The notes beneath the pieces are model-generated. The model worked only from the letters and a program-made list of their open reading frames with translations. It was not told where the DNA came from and searched no databases. Below, piece by piece: positions 11,673-23,525 of a stretch of DNA of 64,000 bases. The translations under genes and the position numbers were made by a program. The stretch lies in assembly GCA_010909165.1 (NCBI GenBank), contig MU008226.1:11530-75529 (forward strand). The letters are read 5' to 3'. The stretch's first letter is position 1. Each line of letters begins with the position of its first letter. Source of the DNA: Anthoceros angustus (taxonomy: Eukaryota; Plantae; Anthocerotophyta).

Positions 11673-12256
11673 GCTGCCTTCTTCGGCTCACGCCCGACCT
11701 CAACGGTGAGCCGCCAAGACGCCCGAGTGTCCCACGAGATACCGCCAGAGAGCCGGATCGGAGCGCAAGAGATCGCGAATTGTCTCGAGGTCGCAAAATG
11801 ACCTTCTTCGCCGCCGGAGTAACTCTGGAGGGCGCCCGTCTGAATAGAGGTCCGCATGGCTTATTCTCGACCTTACGCCCGCTTTCGCCTTACGCCGCTG
11901 CACTCGCCCACGCCAAGGCAGCCCGCGCGTGAATACTGCTATAACGGCCTGCAAGGTTACGGTCCTGCCACCAGATGCCCGCCTCCACTCGGTCGCCCAC
12001 GTGGCGCCGCCGTCCGTCCCACGCTCAACTCTAAGTTACTTCGGGCGATTTATCCCGCCTGGTCCGGAGTGGGTCCGACTTATCCTGCTACTGGCGCTAC
12101 CATAGTAGGTCCGGTACGCCTCACTCCGAGTCCGAGTATACTCCGAGTGCCCGAGTGCTATCCATGCTTATTTCCTTTTTCGCCTCATTTTATCCTTCAC
12201 TCCTACAAAAACAAAACCCTACCTATTTCTAACCCCAAGGAAGTCCGTAGTCCACA

Positions 12257-12271
12257 TACTCCTTCTCACTC
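12257..12271 (-). other. Polypurine tract
   Basis: Minus strand GAGTGAGAAGGAGTA abuts the TG of the 3' LTR. Confidence 0.8.
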
Positions 12272-12559
12272 ATGCCTCCGCCAACACGTGGTACTTTTTC
12301 ACCCGCCACCGCTCACCCGAGTGGGCGCACCACCATCCAACCGTGAACGGACCCATATACTGCACGACTTGGTAAGGTCCCATCCATCGAGGTGGAGTTT
12401 ACCCGAAGTGCATATGTCCGTAAAGGAGGGCCGATCTCCTCCTTCACATACTCCCGATTCCTAAGGCGCATGCCATAGTTTATGCTGATTCTGCATCGCT
12501 GCATTCGCTGCGCCTCTTCCCGGCCCTCCGATGTCACAAAACCCTAGCAACGCCCAGCT

Positions 12560-15500
12560 TGGCTCTCATCCGTTAAGCGCCTTTCCATCATGACCCGAGT
12601 GTTGGCACCTCAAACTCGACCGGCATAACGGGTGAGTGCCCATAGGTCGTACGGAGTTCGGCGTGGTTACCTTCTCGCCGCTCAACGCCCGATGGCGCTT
12701 TGTATCCCGCCGTATGCATAGTTAACCGTAAGCTTATTGAGGATGCGATAAGTCCATTGGTCTTCTCCATCCGCTGGCCTTGGATTGTAGTTTACGATGT
12801 GTGATGCCAAATAGTCCGTCATTGCGCTTATCACATCATTGAGGAAATGGGTTCCCGATCCACTACCGCAACGACACCCACCTTGTGATGATGTTTTCAG
12901 AGGAATTTGGCCACCGTGCTCGCAGAGTCCGCTCTAGTAGACCGCCCACCCACCGTGCAGTCCGCTGCCACCAAGATGTACCGCTTTGTGTGCCTCGCTA
13001 TCGTGATAGGTCCAACGTCGATGCCCCACTTCTCAAAAGGCGCTAGTGCTAGTATGGGCACTAACGGCCATTGTGTGGCCGGCTTCCCGATCCGACAAGC
13101 ATCACACTTCTTCACAATTGGTGTGTGTTTCCCCATACATGGTGGGCCACCAAGACCTCCAAGATTTTCTTGGTGGTGACTCAGATATAATGTCCACCAC
13201 CTAGTCCTTCGTGCATCCCTTTATTACCACCTCCGCTCACTGCTGGAGGTACCTTGCTCCACGCCATCCGGCCCCACCTTAAAGATGCAACTGTTATACA
13301 ACCGAAAGGGCGAGCGAGTGCACAAAGGCCCGCTGGACCCGGTTCGCCTGCTTGGTAGCTCCATCTCCCATAGGTACTGCTCCTCAGATAAGAGGGCCGC
13401 CCCGCCTCCCTTCTCCGCTGGGTCCGCTCCCGCCTTAGGGTTTGTCCTACTGTGCTCCTCCTCCTCTATCCGCCACCAATTCCTCATCCGGAAGGCCCCT
13501 CCGATCCTCGCAGATGTCTCCTTTTAACTGGACAAGAAGTCGCTTTGGTGTTGCTTCCTGCCTAGTCTCCACCTCAAATGTGAACTCCTCAGCAACATGT
13601 AATCCACCTCGCAATCCGTCCGACAAGTCTCGGCCTTGTTCACCAAGTGCTTGAGCGCCAAGTGATCAACATAAACACGAACTCATTGGGCGGTAGTGTC
13701 GAATTTTAACGCGATACCATTCCCAATGCCTCTCGCCCGTAGTAGTGTACCTCCGCTCATGCGTGAGCCGCCTTCCGCGTAGTAGATTGGGTGATCCCTC
13801 CGCTTATCATCTTTTGATCGAGCACTACTCCGGCGGCGGCCGACACATCCACACATGGAATCGCTTCCCCGTCCTTGAGTACTGGGCACCGACTGCAGTG
13901 GTCTGAGGTCTCGAATGCCGCCTCCCTCTCGCGCCTGTGTCCATTCCTCCTCCTTCCCGAGTAGCTCGCTAGCTGAGGCCCGCTTTGCAAAATCTTGGAT
14001 GAAACGCCTATAGTAACCCACCATGCCTGTGAACTCGTAACTCCTTCAAGTTCGTGGGCGAGGATGGATGACTTTCACCTTGTCTTGGTCCACCTCTATC
14101 CTCTTACCGACACGCGGCCCCCAACAAGATTCCTCCGCATAGTAGCATTTCTGATGCGTACATTGAGTCTCCTACATCGCTCCAAACACTTCCAGAAATG
14201 TCCACGTGTTTGTCCTCCTCTGCACACGTAAGTCGCCCAAGAACACCTCCATGAAGTCCTCAGAATTCTAAGACATTGGTCACCATCCGCATAAATGATC
14301 CGGTGCTCTGCATCCCGAAGGCACTGCTTGTAGTAAACGCCCCCACTCCGTGGTGAATGTTGTCTTATCCCACTCCCTTAGGTGTACCGGTTGTAGCCGA
14401 GTAGGCCCAAGAAGGAGTAGGTACTCTCCCGCCACCTTGTCCAAGATGTCGCCCACAAAGGGCATGGGAAATGGTCCTTTCCGTGGCGGCGTTAAGCTTT
14501 CTCCGCCCCGATGACAATCCGCCGCTTCTTCGCACGACAACAATGGGCGCCACCCACTCACTGCTCACGATTGGGAAGATGATGTCGCTTCCAGATACTT
14601 ATCCAGACTTCCTTGACCTTGAGCGAGTGCTTGGGATTCAGCTCCTAATCCGAACAGCACCGCCTCGCTTCAGATCTATCCTGTTCGCCCCATCGCTTTG
14701 GAATGCCTTCATGTCCGTGACCTTGAAAGAACACCGAATTCCCCAACAATCGTGGTGAGGTCTTGTTTCAACTTGGCATACCTCATGGAATTTTAGGAAT
14801 TTCGGGCGAACCTCCACATCTTCCACATCGCCGATTGACCGCCTCTTTCTCGCCGCTTCCACGCCCAAGCCATCATCCTCTACCCGGTTCATCTTCACGC
14901 ATTCCCCATTCTCGAAGAGTTCGTCGAGGTGAACGGGTTACTTCTTCGGGTCCTCCTCATCCGGGTTCCCGCTTTTGTTCGTCCCTCCGCGACTTCCACT
15001 AAGCAATTGATCACCTCCGCCCAAAGGTGTCCCTCGATAGTCCATTTCTTCTTCGACCACGAGATTTTGGGAAAGGGTAGTCCTCATTCGTATCCTCGCT
15101 CATCGTCCCCACTGCCTTCGGAGGTGTACCCTTGTGGTGCCGACGTTTCACCACAAGATGTGTCCTTACTCCTGTAATCGCTACCGCCCTTCCCTCACCT
15201 TCGGATCCCACCACGGCTTGAAGTGTATTTCCTTCCGTCCAAGTGTAGTTTTGTCTCGAGCGAGTCCCAGCCAAGGCCCTCAGACCTCACCCTGTGAGGT
15301 CCGGTCCGATGACGAAAATCTAATGTATAGGGGCTCCGCTATGGTGGCTTGACTCGGACAACTCGGCCACATGTCCGCCATCCCGAGGGTTTTGGTGGAT
15401 GGCTCAAGGTGGAACCCCCTGCCTGCGGCCTGTGATGAGGTTCACTCGACCCGTGTCAGAGGCACGCTTTTAATTACACACCCCGCAATTTCCACCGCAC

Positions 15501-17300
15501 CATCGGCGCCTGTGGTCCGTATGAGATACTACTTACCTCCACGTTCTTGCCCTTCCACCAAGGAGTTCCGCGGTTGGCTTCTCGATGGCCTCCTGACTTC
15601 GCCGATACTGTCTTTAACAATCGCCTAAGGGACACCAAGTGTTGTTGGTCCATCATCAAGTCGGCCACCTTGAAAGGGCCGGTGGTTCTCCACACGCCCG
15701 CCTTGACTCTTCCAGCTTTGCCACCGCCGTGGTGGTCGGACCACTGGGTCCTGGAGTTCTTCTCAAGCATCTCGCCACTTCTGGACCACATCCGTGGAAC
15801 GCGGCGTGTGGGTGAGTCCGCCTCCCGAGATTCCTGTGGCTTTTGGTTGGTCTTCCGGCAGCTTAAACTCCCTTTTGGCGGGCTTCCTTCGCAGGTGTTC
15901 CCTCCGTATCCGTGGGACTATCCCCATTTTTCTTCCTCTTAAACTGCCTCCTTTCCTTTCTCCTTCCCGACTCGTTGACACTTCCAAGACTCCAGTCCGC
16001 CTTCTCTCCTTAGCCGAACTTGCTTCACCACCTGTCCTGCCTCGGCCTCCCACTCCGCCAGTGCGCCTTCAATCAGGCGGGCGCTTAGGGAGGGAGGCGA
16101 GGTGGTCGGCTCCCGCTGGGCGAGCGCACTGCCCCGAGGGTTCGGACACAAGGTACCGCCGCCATGTGCCCCGCCTACATCCCACAGCGCTCAAAGTCCG
16201 CCTTGCCGAGTGGGGTATGGACGCGAGTAGTGCCCGGGTTCCCATGCCCAGCACCACCGCCGCCGAGAATTCGGAGGCTCCGTCAGACGGAGGTCGATGC
16301 ACGACGGACCAACTGTGGGGTACATCGTCTCGGGATACCGTGGTCCCGCTTCTTGCACTTGGTATGCATCCTCCCACTGCTCTCGACTCTTCCCGTAGTC
16401 ATACTCCACCGGTTCACGGGTCCGAGGGCAGGCCTTCGAATGCCCATGTTGGTGACACACCGCACACAATGAGTACGGACTGGTGGCCACCTTACGCTTT
16501 ATCCTTCACCGTTGATCGTCAACCTTCCACCCTCTTCATTACCCGTTCTAGATCTTCCCTCACCCGCTACTTCCTTCAAAGGAGCTGGTCGTGGACCTCT
16601 CGCACGGCAAGTGCATCATGACCTCCTTCTTTTCCACCCTCCACCGACTACGGGCTTCTTCTTCTTTATTTTTCCGGGTTCTTCTTCTTCATGACCTCCT
16701 CGGATTCTTCTTGAGTCCTCTTCCTCTTCCTCCGACGCCTCGGTCTCATCATCCTCCTCGTCCGAGGGTTCTTCATCTCGAGTCCGACCCCGCTTCTTCT
16801 TTTCTTCTTTCCTCCGGAGGAGTCCTCGCCGCCGGTGCATCGATTCTTCATAGTTCTCCGCCCGACCGCCTTGCTCACATCTTTTCTTCGCCAACAAGAA
16901 GACGTGCTTAGCCATTGGCTTGATAAGCCACCGCAACCAACGCATCACCGTGCATGTGTAGTGGGTCCCACAGTAGAACCGCTCGATGTACGATCCCAAC
17001 TTCCTCGCCTTGTGTTCTCGAGTTTGACAAGACGTAGCCTTCTTGATCGATTCTGGAATCTTTCTAAGAAGGCATCCTTCAATGCTCAAGGTTTGCGGTG
17101 CGCTCGAGGCGCATTTCCTCCGATACCACCGAGTCAGACTCGCAGACCCTTGGAATACAATGAGTGATCCGAACCTTCTCCGCTGAAGTTTGCCCACACA
17201 AAATCCTCCACGAAGGTTTCGCCTCTCTCTTACCTCCAAAGAGAGAATACGCTTGCTTGGTCGTTGTTGCCATCGCGATCGTAAGGGGTGAGGAACCGCC
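12560..17300 (-). pseudogene. gag-pol of the Ty3 element (frameshifted)
   Basis: Zn knuckle CAVCHQHGHS-KAC ~16450; protease ~15600-15760; RT SEWVAPIVVV, PFPMPFVGDILDKVAG, DKTTFTTEWG; RH VGYYRRFIQDFAKRA, DHPIYYAE; INT KKCDAC, PFEKWGID. Confidence 0.9.
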
Positions 17301-17467
17301 ACCACCGCCGACTTGGGCCGCTCCTCTCGATCCGACAACCCACCACGCTTACTCTGGTCTCGCCTCGAGCTCGTTGCCTCACGTCGCGCCGGAGCGCCAG
17401 CACGTCCGACTCAGAATCCCTTAACTACCTCACGCCCTCCACGCATCCACGCTACGGAACGATTTCA

Positions 17468-17481
17468 TTCCAACGGCGCGC
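17468..17481 (-). other. Primer-binding site, TGGCGCCGTTG-like (Athila type, degenerate)
   Basis: Minus strand ...gccACA then gcgcgccgttggaa. Confidence 0.55.
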
Positions 17482-20400
17482 TGTGGCGACTTTCGGCCAC
17501 CGGCCGACAATCCCGTCGTTGTAGGAAGGAGTCCGCTCCCAAGGGAATGATACTGCTTCTGCCGCGCTTACTTTACGCTCCCCAACGCACACATAGTTCA
17601 CGCTAACTACTCACCGTGACAGCCGGTATGGCTAAACGCTTAAGGACCTGTCGGCCTGCCTGCTCCTGCTCTCACACCTCTCGTCCACTCCTCTCCACTC
17701 ACTACACTTATCGCCTTAAGGAAAGACGCTGGGTTACATGCCCCGACCTCCTCCGCTGCTCCACTGGCCTCCGTCCGGCTCAGACGCCTCCCGAGTCCCT
17801 CCGGCTCACGCCCGGCCCGCTCGGCCGGGCCGCGCTCGACGAGCACGGGTCCCACCCTCCCCGCACACCACAACACGTTAGGTCCGCCACAGACCTCGAT
17901 CGATCCCTCCGAGCTGCCCGCTCGCTGACTCAGACTCACGTTAGCAAGAAGACACAAAGGTCCGCAAGAACGCGCATCAACACCAAGAGAAAGATGATTT
18001 ATCTGTGGCAGCCCTCTTATACTACGCCTAGGTCGGCCTTTATTACACCTATTCCGAAATGACGGCCACCTCAAGATGCCCTAATCGGCCGCCTACCATC
18101 CTATTTCCTCCTATCTCCTTCACGGCGGTGGGAAGGTCCCGGTTCCGCCTTGGGATTGGTGGTCCAATCTCCTCGACACCAAGACCTAATCGGATGATCC
18201 GCGAGGCGGACCCTCCTCTCCCGAATCGCTGTTACGGCGGCCCCGACGACCGCTGCTACCACAACGTCATCCTCCCCTGGCCTCCTGGTCCTCCTGGGCC
18301 ACCGCGCACTAGCGTAAGTCGGCGGGGCCTCCTCATCGCGAGTCCGACCTCGAGGTCCGACTCGACCCGAGTCAACCTGGGTCCGGTTTATTTCGAGTCC
18401 GGCCGGGTCCGGCCTGCTCCGGGTTCGGACCTCGTGGTCCGATTACCGGGTCCGATCCCAAACTCGGACCCTTCCGTGGACCTCGATCGCTAGGTCCTCC
18501 TCCTTACCCCCGACCTTGTCTTGGTCGGGTTGGCTCCTGCACCCCGCAGCCCCCCACCCCTTCTCCCGGATCGGGTGGTGGTGAACTTACCTGGGGTCCG
18601 CTGCCCCGCCTCCTCTTGGCTCCTCCTCGCTGCCGTCGCCTCCAAACAGGCCCCTAGGGTCCCCGCCCCCGTGCCCTTCTTCCTCCGAGCCTGTGGGTCC
18701 GCCTATTGCGGGCCGAGGCCTCTACCGCCTGTGGAGCTCGGTGGTAATAGGCAAAGTCCGAATCCACTTGCCGGATTGCCTCTTCCACGCGCCGAGACCC
18801 GATACTCCCTTCGCCATAGGTGCTCCGGAGCCGAGCCTGCCCGCTTGCTCCACCTCCCGCCAGTTTGATAGCCGGAGCCGGCGCTCGCGAGGTCGCCAGG
18901 CTGCCACCTCGCACGCTGCTCCACTTGCTCCAACTCCTCCGCCTGCTCCGCCACTTGCCCGCCATAACGCAGCTCTTCCGACTTCCTCACCGACCAGTTT
19001 CTTGTCCGCCTGGGCCTCTGTCCATTCCGCAACTCCATCTCCGCCTCCAGACGGCGGGCAACACGATCGCTTCACCCTTTTCCATCTCGGCGACGCCCGC
19101 TCCCCTGCTCCATCGCCCATCGACTCCCGCCGCAGAGCCGGAGCCGCCGAGGCTGCTCACCATGTCCTGCAGACTACCATTCCTCTCAATGATAGTTTGA
19201 GTCAGCCCAAAGTCTCCTTGTCCTCCATCTCCGCCGCCGCCCACCTCCCGAGCCGAGTCCGAGATCCTCCACCTTGTCGCGAACTTTGGCCCGCTGGTCC
19301 GCGCTTGCCACCTCCTCGCTCCATCTTCGTGCAGCCGAGGCGCCTATCTCCCGTCAAGTCTGGATTCTCCCATTGAGAACCTTGTCGCCCGACGCCTTGG
19401 AGTTGTAACTCCAAGGTGTCCTTGCCGCCCTCCAACTCGCCGCCTCCCTTCTACCTCTCTGCACCCGAGGTCCCGATTTCCGGGCCTCGGTTTCGCAGCG
19501 CTCTTTGCTCCACCGCCGGCCTTCGATTGGCCGTGGCTCTCGCCGCCTCCACCGGCCCGATCACCGATAGTGATCGCGATCGGCCTGCCTGGCCTCCGCC
19601 TCCACCTTCACCGAGCCTCCATTGGCTCGTCCACGGCCCGCCAGTCCGCGCCTGCTCCGCTTGCGCCCGGGCGCCTGCTCCTGGCCTCGCCCGCAGAGGT
19701 CCTCCGCCTGCTGGGCCTCCTTGCGCTGCTCCTCCACTGAAGGAATTTGGTCCGGCCTGCGATGGACCAGACCTCCTCGCCTCCCGGCTTCCTCTCAATC
19801 CGCCGAGAGCTTCTTCCTTCGCCTCCGGCTCCTCCAACCGCCTCGGAGGAGTACCATGCGCCCGGTGGCTTCTACCTCCGGGTCTTCGGCCATCCCGAGA
19901 CCCAGAGCATACCGTCCATGACGAGGACCCGCCGTGTTTCTTCCACGTCACCGTGAGGCTCCCACAAAGTCCGAGGAGCCGGCATCTCACGGTCCGCCAA
20001 GGACCTCCATACCGTCCGGAGTAAGTCCGACTGGGTTCTCCGACCTAATCAGACCCTTAGGTCCCGAGGCCGAGCCCCGAGCTTCCCCTCCTTGGCCCTT
20101 TTGGCCGCGAGCTCCTTCTCCGCCTCTTCCCGGGGCTCTTGAGGAGGTGAGGGAGTCCGGAGCAAGCCTTTTGCCCCTTCCGCCGGGCGATGACTGCCCG
20201 GCCGCTGCTGTCCTCCGCCTCCGGCGCCCCTTTTCGCCTCCCATCGCTTCCTCCGCTTGACCCGCAAGGGGTACTGCACCGACCGAGGTGCCGCTGGTAG
20301 CCGTGGTCTTGCGCCTCTTCGGCTCCCTCCGTCCGCGGGCTCACCGGTGGTGGCTGGCGGGCCGCTGGGGCCGCCTGGATCGGCCGCCTGTTGTACAGAG

Positions 20401-21806
20401 GAGGGAGGCGAATTTCTTCCCATACTTGGGTGGTGAGGGGTCCGCTCCACGATGGAGTCCGGAATCCTCTCCGCCTCCTCCCGAGTCCGCTTGGCTGACG
20501 ATCGGCCTCCTCCTGCCGCCTCCACTTCCGTAGGCCTCCGGCCCTTTCCGAGCGCTCAAGCTCTCCTTCCTTGAGGAGTTCAAATGCCCCCATACATGGA
20601 TCGTATGGGGACACATGGCTTCGGCCCCGAGCTATGAGCCTCCTCGCTAAACCGGCAAAATAATCCTTCCTCACCGCCTTCCCCGGCCGCAACAAGCAGA
20701 ATACCAATCAGATTATCACCAAGGTGATCCACCTTGGTGAGGTTCCTGGACAATGATCCGGCCACCGCCTTACTCGACCGCCCAACATGTCATCGCCCAA
20801 CCACAGGGTCCGTCAGGCCCTGTGCCTCAAGATCACTGTGGTCGGCCCTATCTTCCCTTCGCCTTGAGGGGCCCGCACCACTCCCCTCTTCCTCCTTTGG
20901 GCGGTTGTAGGCCGCCTCAGACCTCCAAGGTCCATCGCCTTGGTCCTCCCGGAGGTTCTTGGACCGCACCTCCTTATTGACCGGCCAAAGATCTTCCCGA
21001 ACTCCTGACTGTGAGTGACACTATGTCCGCACCATCCGAACACATCCAAATGCCACTCCGCACCACCCTCCCGCCTCGGAGCTGTGGCCCAAAGTCCGGA
21101 TAGCGCCGGTCACAATGTTGCGCCCACAAGGTTCCATGGCTCCCAAACTTCCGCAGTTTTTGGGTGCCATCGCCTCCTCCCTTGGTTGCCGAGCTTGTGA
21201 GAGCCACGCACGCTGCGCCACGCTCCGACCTCAACGTGAGCCGCCAAGACGCCCGAGTGTCCCACGAGATACCGCCAGAGAGCCGGATCATGGAGCGCAG
21301 AGATCGCGAATTGTCTCGAGGTCAGCAAATGACCTTCCTTCGCCGCTTCCGGAGTAATCCGGGCGGGAGGGCGCCTTCCGTCCAGAATCGCCAGAGGTCC
21401 GCATGGCTTATTCTCGACCTTACGCCCGCTTACTCGCCTTACGCCGCCAGATGCTTTACGCCGCCCGCGTGAATACCGCTATAACGGCCTCGCAAGGTTA
21501 CGGTCCCACCGCATGCCTGCTTCCACTCGAGTTGCCCACGTGCGCCGTCCGCTCCCACGGCTCAACTCCTAAGTTACTTTCCGGGCGTCTCCCGCCTCGG
21601 TCCCGGAGTGGGTCCGGACTTATCCTGCTACTGTGGCGCCTACCATAGTAGGTCCGGCACGCCCTCACTCCGAGTCCGAGAGTATACTCCGAGTGCCCGA
21701 GTGCTATCCATGCTTATTTCCCTTTTTCGCCTCATTTTATCCTTCACTCCTACAAAAACAAAACCCTACCTATTTTCTAACCCCCAAGGGAAGTCCGTAG
21801 TTCACA
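17482..21806 (-). repeat. 5' LTR (~4.3 kb)
   Basis: TG...CA termini; colinear with 7936-12256. Confidence 0.88.
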
Positions 21807-21854
21807 AATACCTAGAGTTCTCCGAGCACACATTAGCAGCCCATCAGCACCTTG

Positions 21855-21985
21855 GAGTCCAAACACACATCACCAACCCATCAAGAACTCCGAGTCCAAA
21901 CACATCAAGAACCCATCGACCCTCAGGTCCGAACACACATCGAACCCATCAGCCGGAGTCTCGAGCACATCAAGAGTGGCCATCA
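21855..21985. repeat. Degenerate ~35-40-bp tandem repeat
   Basis: gagtccaaacac(ac)atc...acccatc-type units, 3-4 copies. Confidence 0.65.
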
Positions 21986-22854
21986 GCTCCACATCGCCTT
22001 GTGGCTTCATCCTTGCACCCGGTTGCAGCTACCTAATTCAGAAAAACGAATCAACAGAGGCATACCGTAGCCCGTGCTGTGCAGTGAGTATCATCTTAAC
22101 TGCCAGAATATGGTAGAGCTTGCCTCAAATCGGTGGAGATATCTCGCATGTGGCTGCAAACATTACAACGTCCTGCACATCGTGCCTCATGTAGATAGGC
22201 CCTTCCTTCGACTCAAGCTAATGAGCCATGTAAGAGCCATGGAAAATCGAAGATAATACCTTCGCCACCATTCCAAAATACTAGACATTGCAGAGCTCTC
22301 CTTGTAGTCCTTCCAGGGCCACACCATGAGGGAGAGTGCAACGAAATACCACCCTTGCCCAACCATGCAAGAGCTGTAGCAGAGGCATTGTCGTGGCGAT
22401 GCCATCATCTCATCATCCGAACCCCACCGTGTCATTGGCTATCATCACATGGAATGTTTTTGAAGGTCGAGAAGTTCAAACTAGTGTATAATGAAGATGC
22501 AAAGGATCATGGGCTTGAAAACAGATACATTTATAATGCACATAATGAACTAACTTTTTATTGCTCTGTCTGGATGAACCTTTTACTTTGTGTCACCCAA
22601 AATAGTTGAGTTACTCCGACAATAAGATGGTTGTAGGGACTAGTGCACGACGAAAACAATTTTGTAAGGAAATACGCACGCAGAAGTACATTATGAGTAA
22701 GAAGTCTTGCATGAGAGGCATGCAGCCTGATCTAGTTAGTAAGTTGGTGGTAAGACTTAGCTTAGGACTTAAGGAAGAAAGTGTGCTTTAGTAGTTACTT
22801 TGGAAATGATATAAGCCTCCGCAAAAAGGAGATGAGGCTAGCCCTAGAGAGCAT

Positions 22855-23070
22855 CATGTGATCCTAGCATTGGGAGCTATACTGTGAGGATAGGACTTTG
22901 GAGCCTAGAGGCCCCGGAGCCTAGAGTGTGAGCATGTCTAGAAGGATCCTAGCACTTGGGAGCTTGCTGTTGTGAGGATAGGACTTTGGTGCCTAGAGGA
23001 TAGGACTTTGGTGCCTAGAGGCCATGGAAGCCTAGAGTGAGGCGTGCTAGAGAGAGAGCGTGAGGAGGAG
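22855..23070. repeat. Internally duplicated LTR-like sequence
   Basis: gatcctagca-ttgggagct...gtgaggataggactttgg-gcctagagg repeated; extra ggataggactttggtgcctaga unit. Confidence 0.7.
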
Positions 23071-23329
23071 ATCGAGGGAGAGCTAAGCTCCTAGCTTAGG
23101 CAAAGATAGAGAGCTCTCTCGATCTCTCATGTATTCTTGTTGACTTCCGGAATAAACAGCAGACGGCGCAGCTTGTCCTGACCGCGAGTTGTCCTCCAGA
23201 AGGACGGGCAGTGCTACTTGGAAGCCCAAAGGTCTTTGGCCTCGTGATGTTTTGTAATCATGCGATCCCCACCTCCTCGCTGAAAAGGAGGTGTTGCTTC
23301 ACGACTCACTTTATCTCGCCTGCCCCAAG

Positions 23330-23525
23330 TAAGACGAAAGAAAATGAAATAAAAAAACGTTGAAGGCATCTCAAGTTATGATTCGAGATCGGATCCGGCT
23401 CGAAACCCGGAGATGCGCGATCCAGGAAGGCTCCATAGAGCTTAAGAGCGACAAGGCCGCCTCGCTAGTGGAGTCGCATTCCCGAGCATCCATGGAGGGC
23501 ACCATCGTGTTGTCATGGATCTGGT
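23330..23525 (+). repeat. Interspersed repeat, partner at 28405-28621
   Basis: Shared ggaaggctccatagagcttaaga...gcatccatggagggcaccatcgtgttgtcatggatc. Confidence 0.85.

Larger units (their letters stand above)
7936..12256 (-). repeat. 3' LTR (~4.3 kb)
   Basis: Colinear with 17482-21806; begins TGTGGACTACGGAC on the minus strand immediately after the PPT. Confidence 0.88.
7936..21806 (-). mobile_element. Full-length Ty3/gypsy LTR retrotransposon, non-chromoviral (Athila-like), ~13.9 kb
   Basis: Two colinear ~4.3-kb LTRs, PBS, PPT and gag-PR-RT-RH-INT order; no chromodomain or extra archaeal-type RNase H seen; TSD not resolved (atcac vs aatac). Confidence 0.9.

Noticed and set aside
8100-12470. 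Plus-strand Pro/Arg-rich ORFs in the Ty3 LTRs
   Set aside because: Overlapping in all frames because of the high GC; antisense to the better minus-strand ORF.
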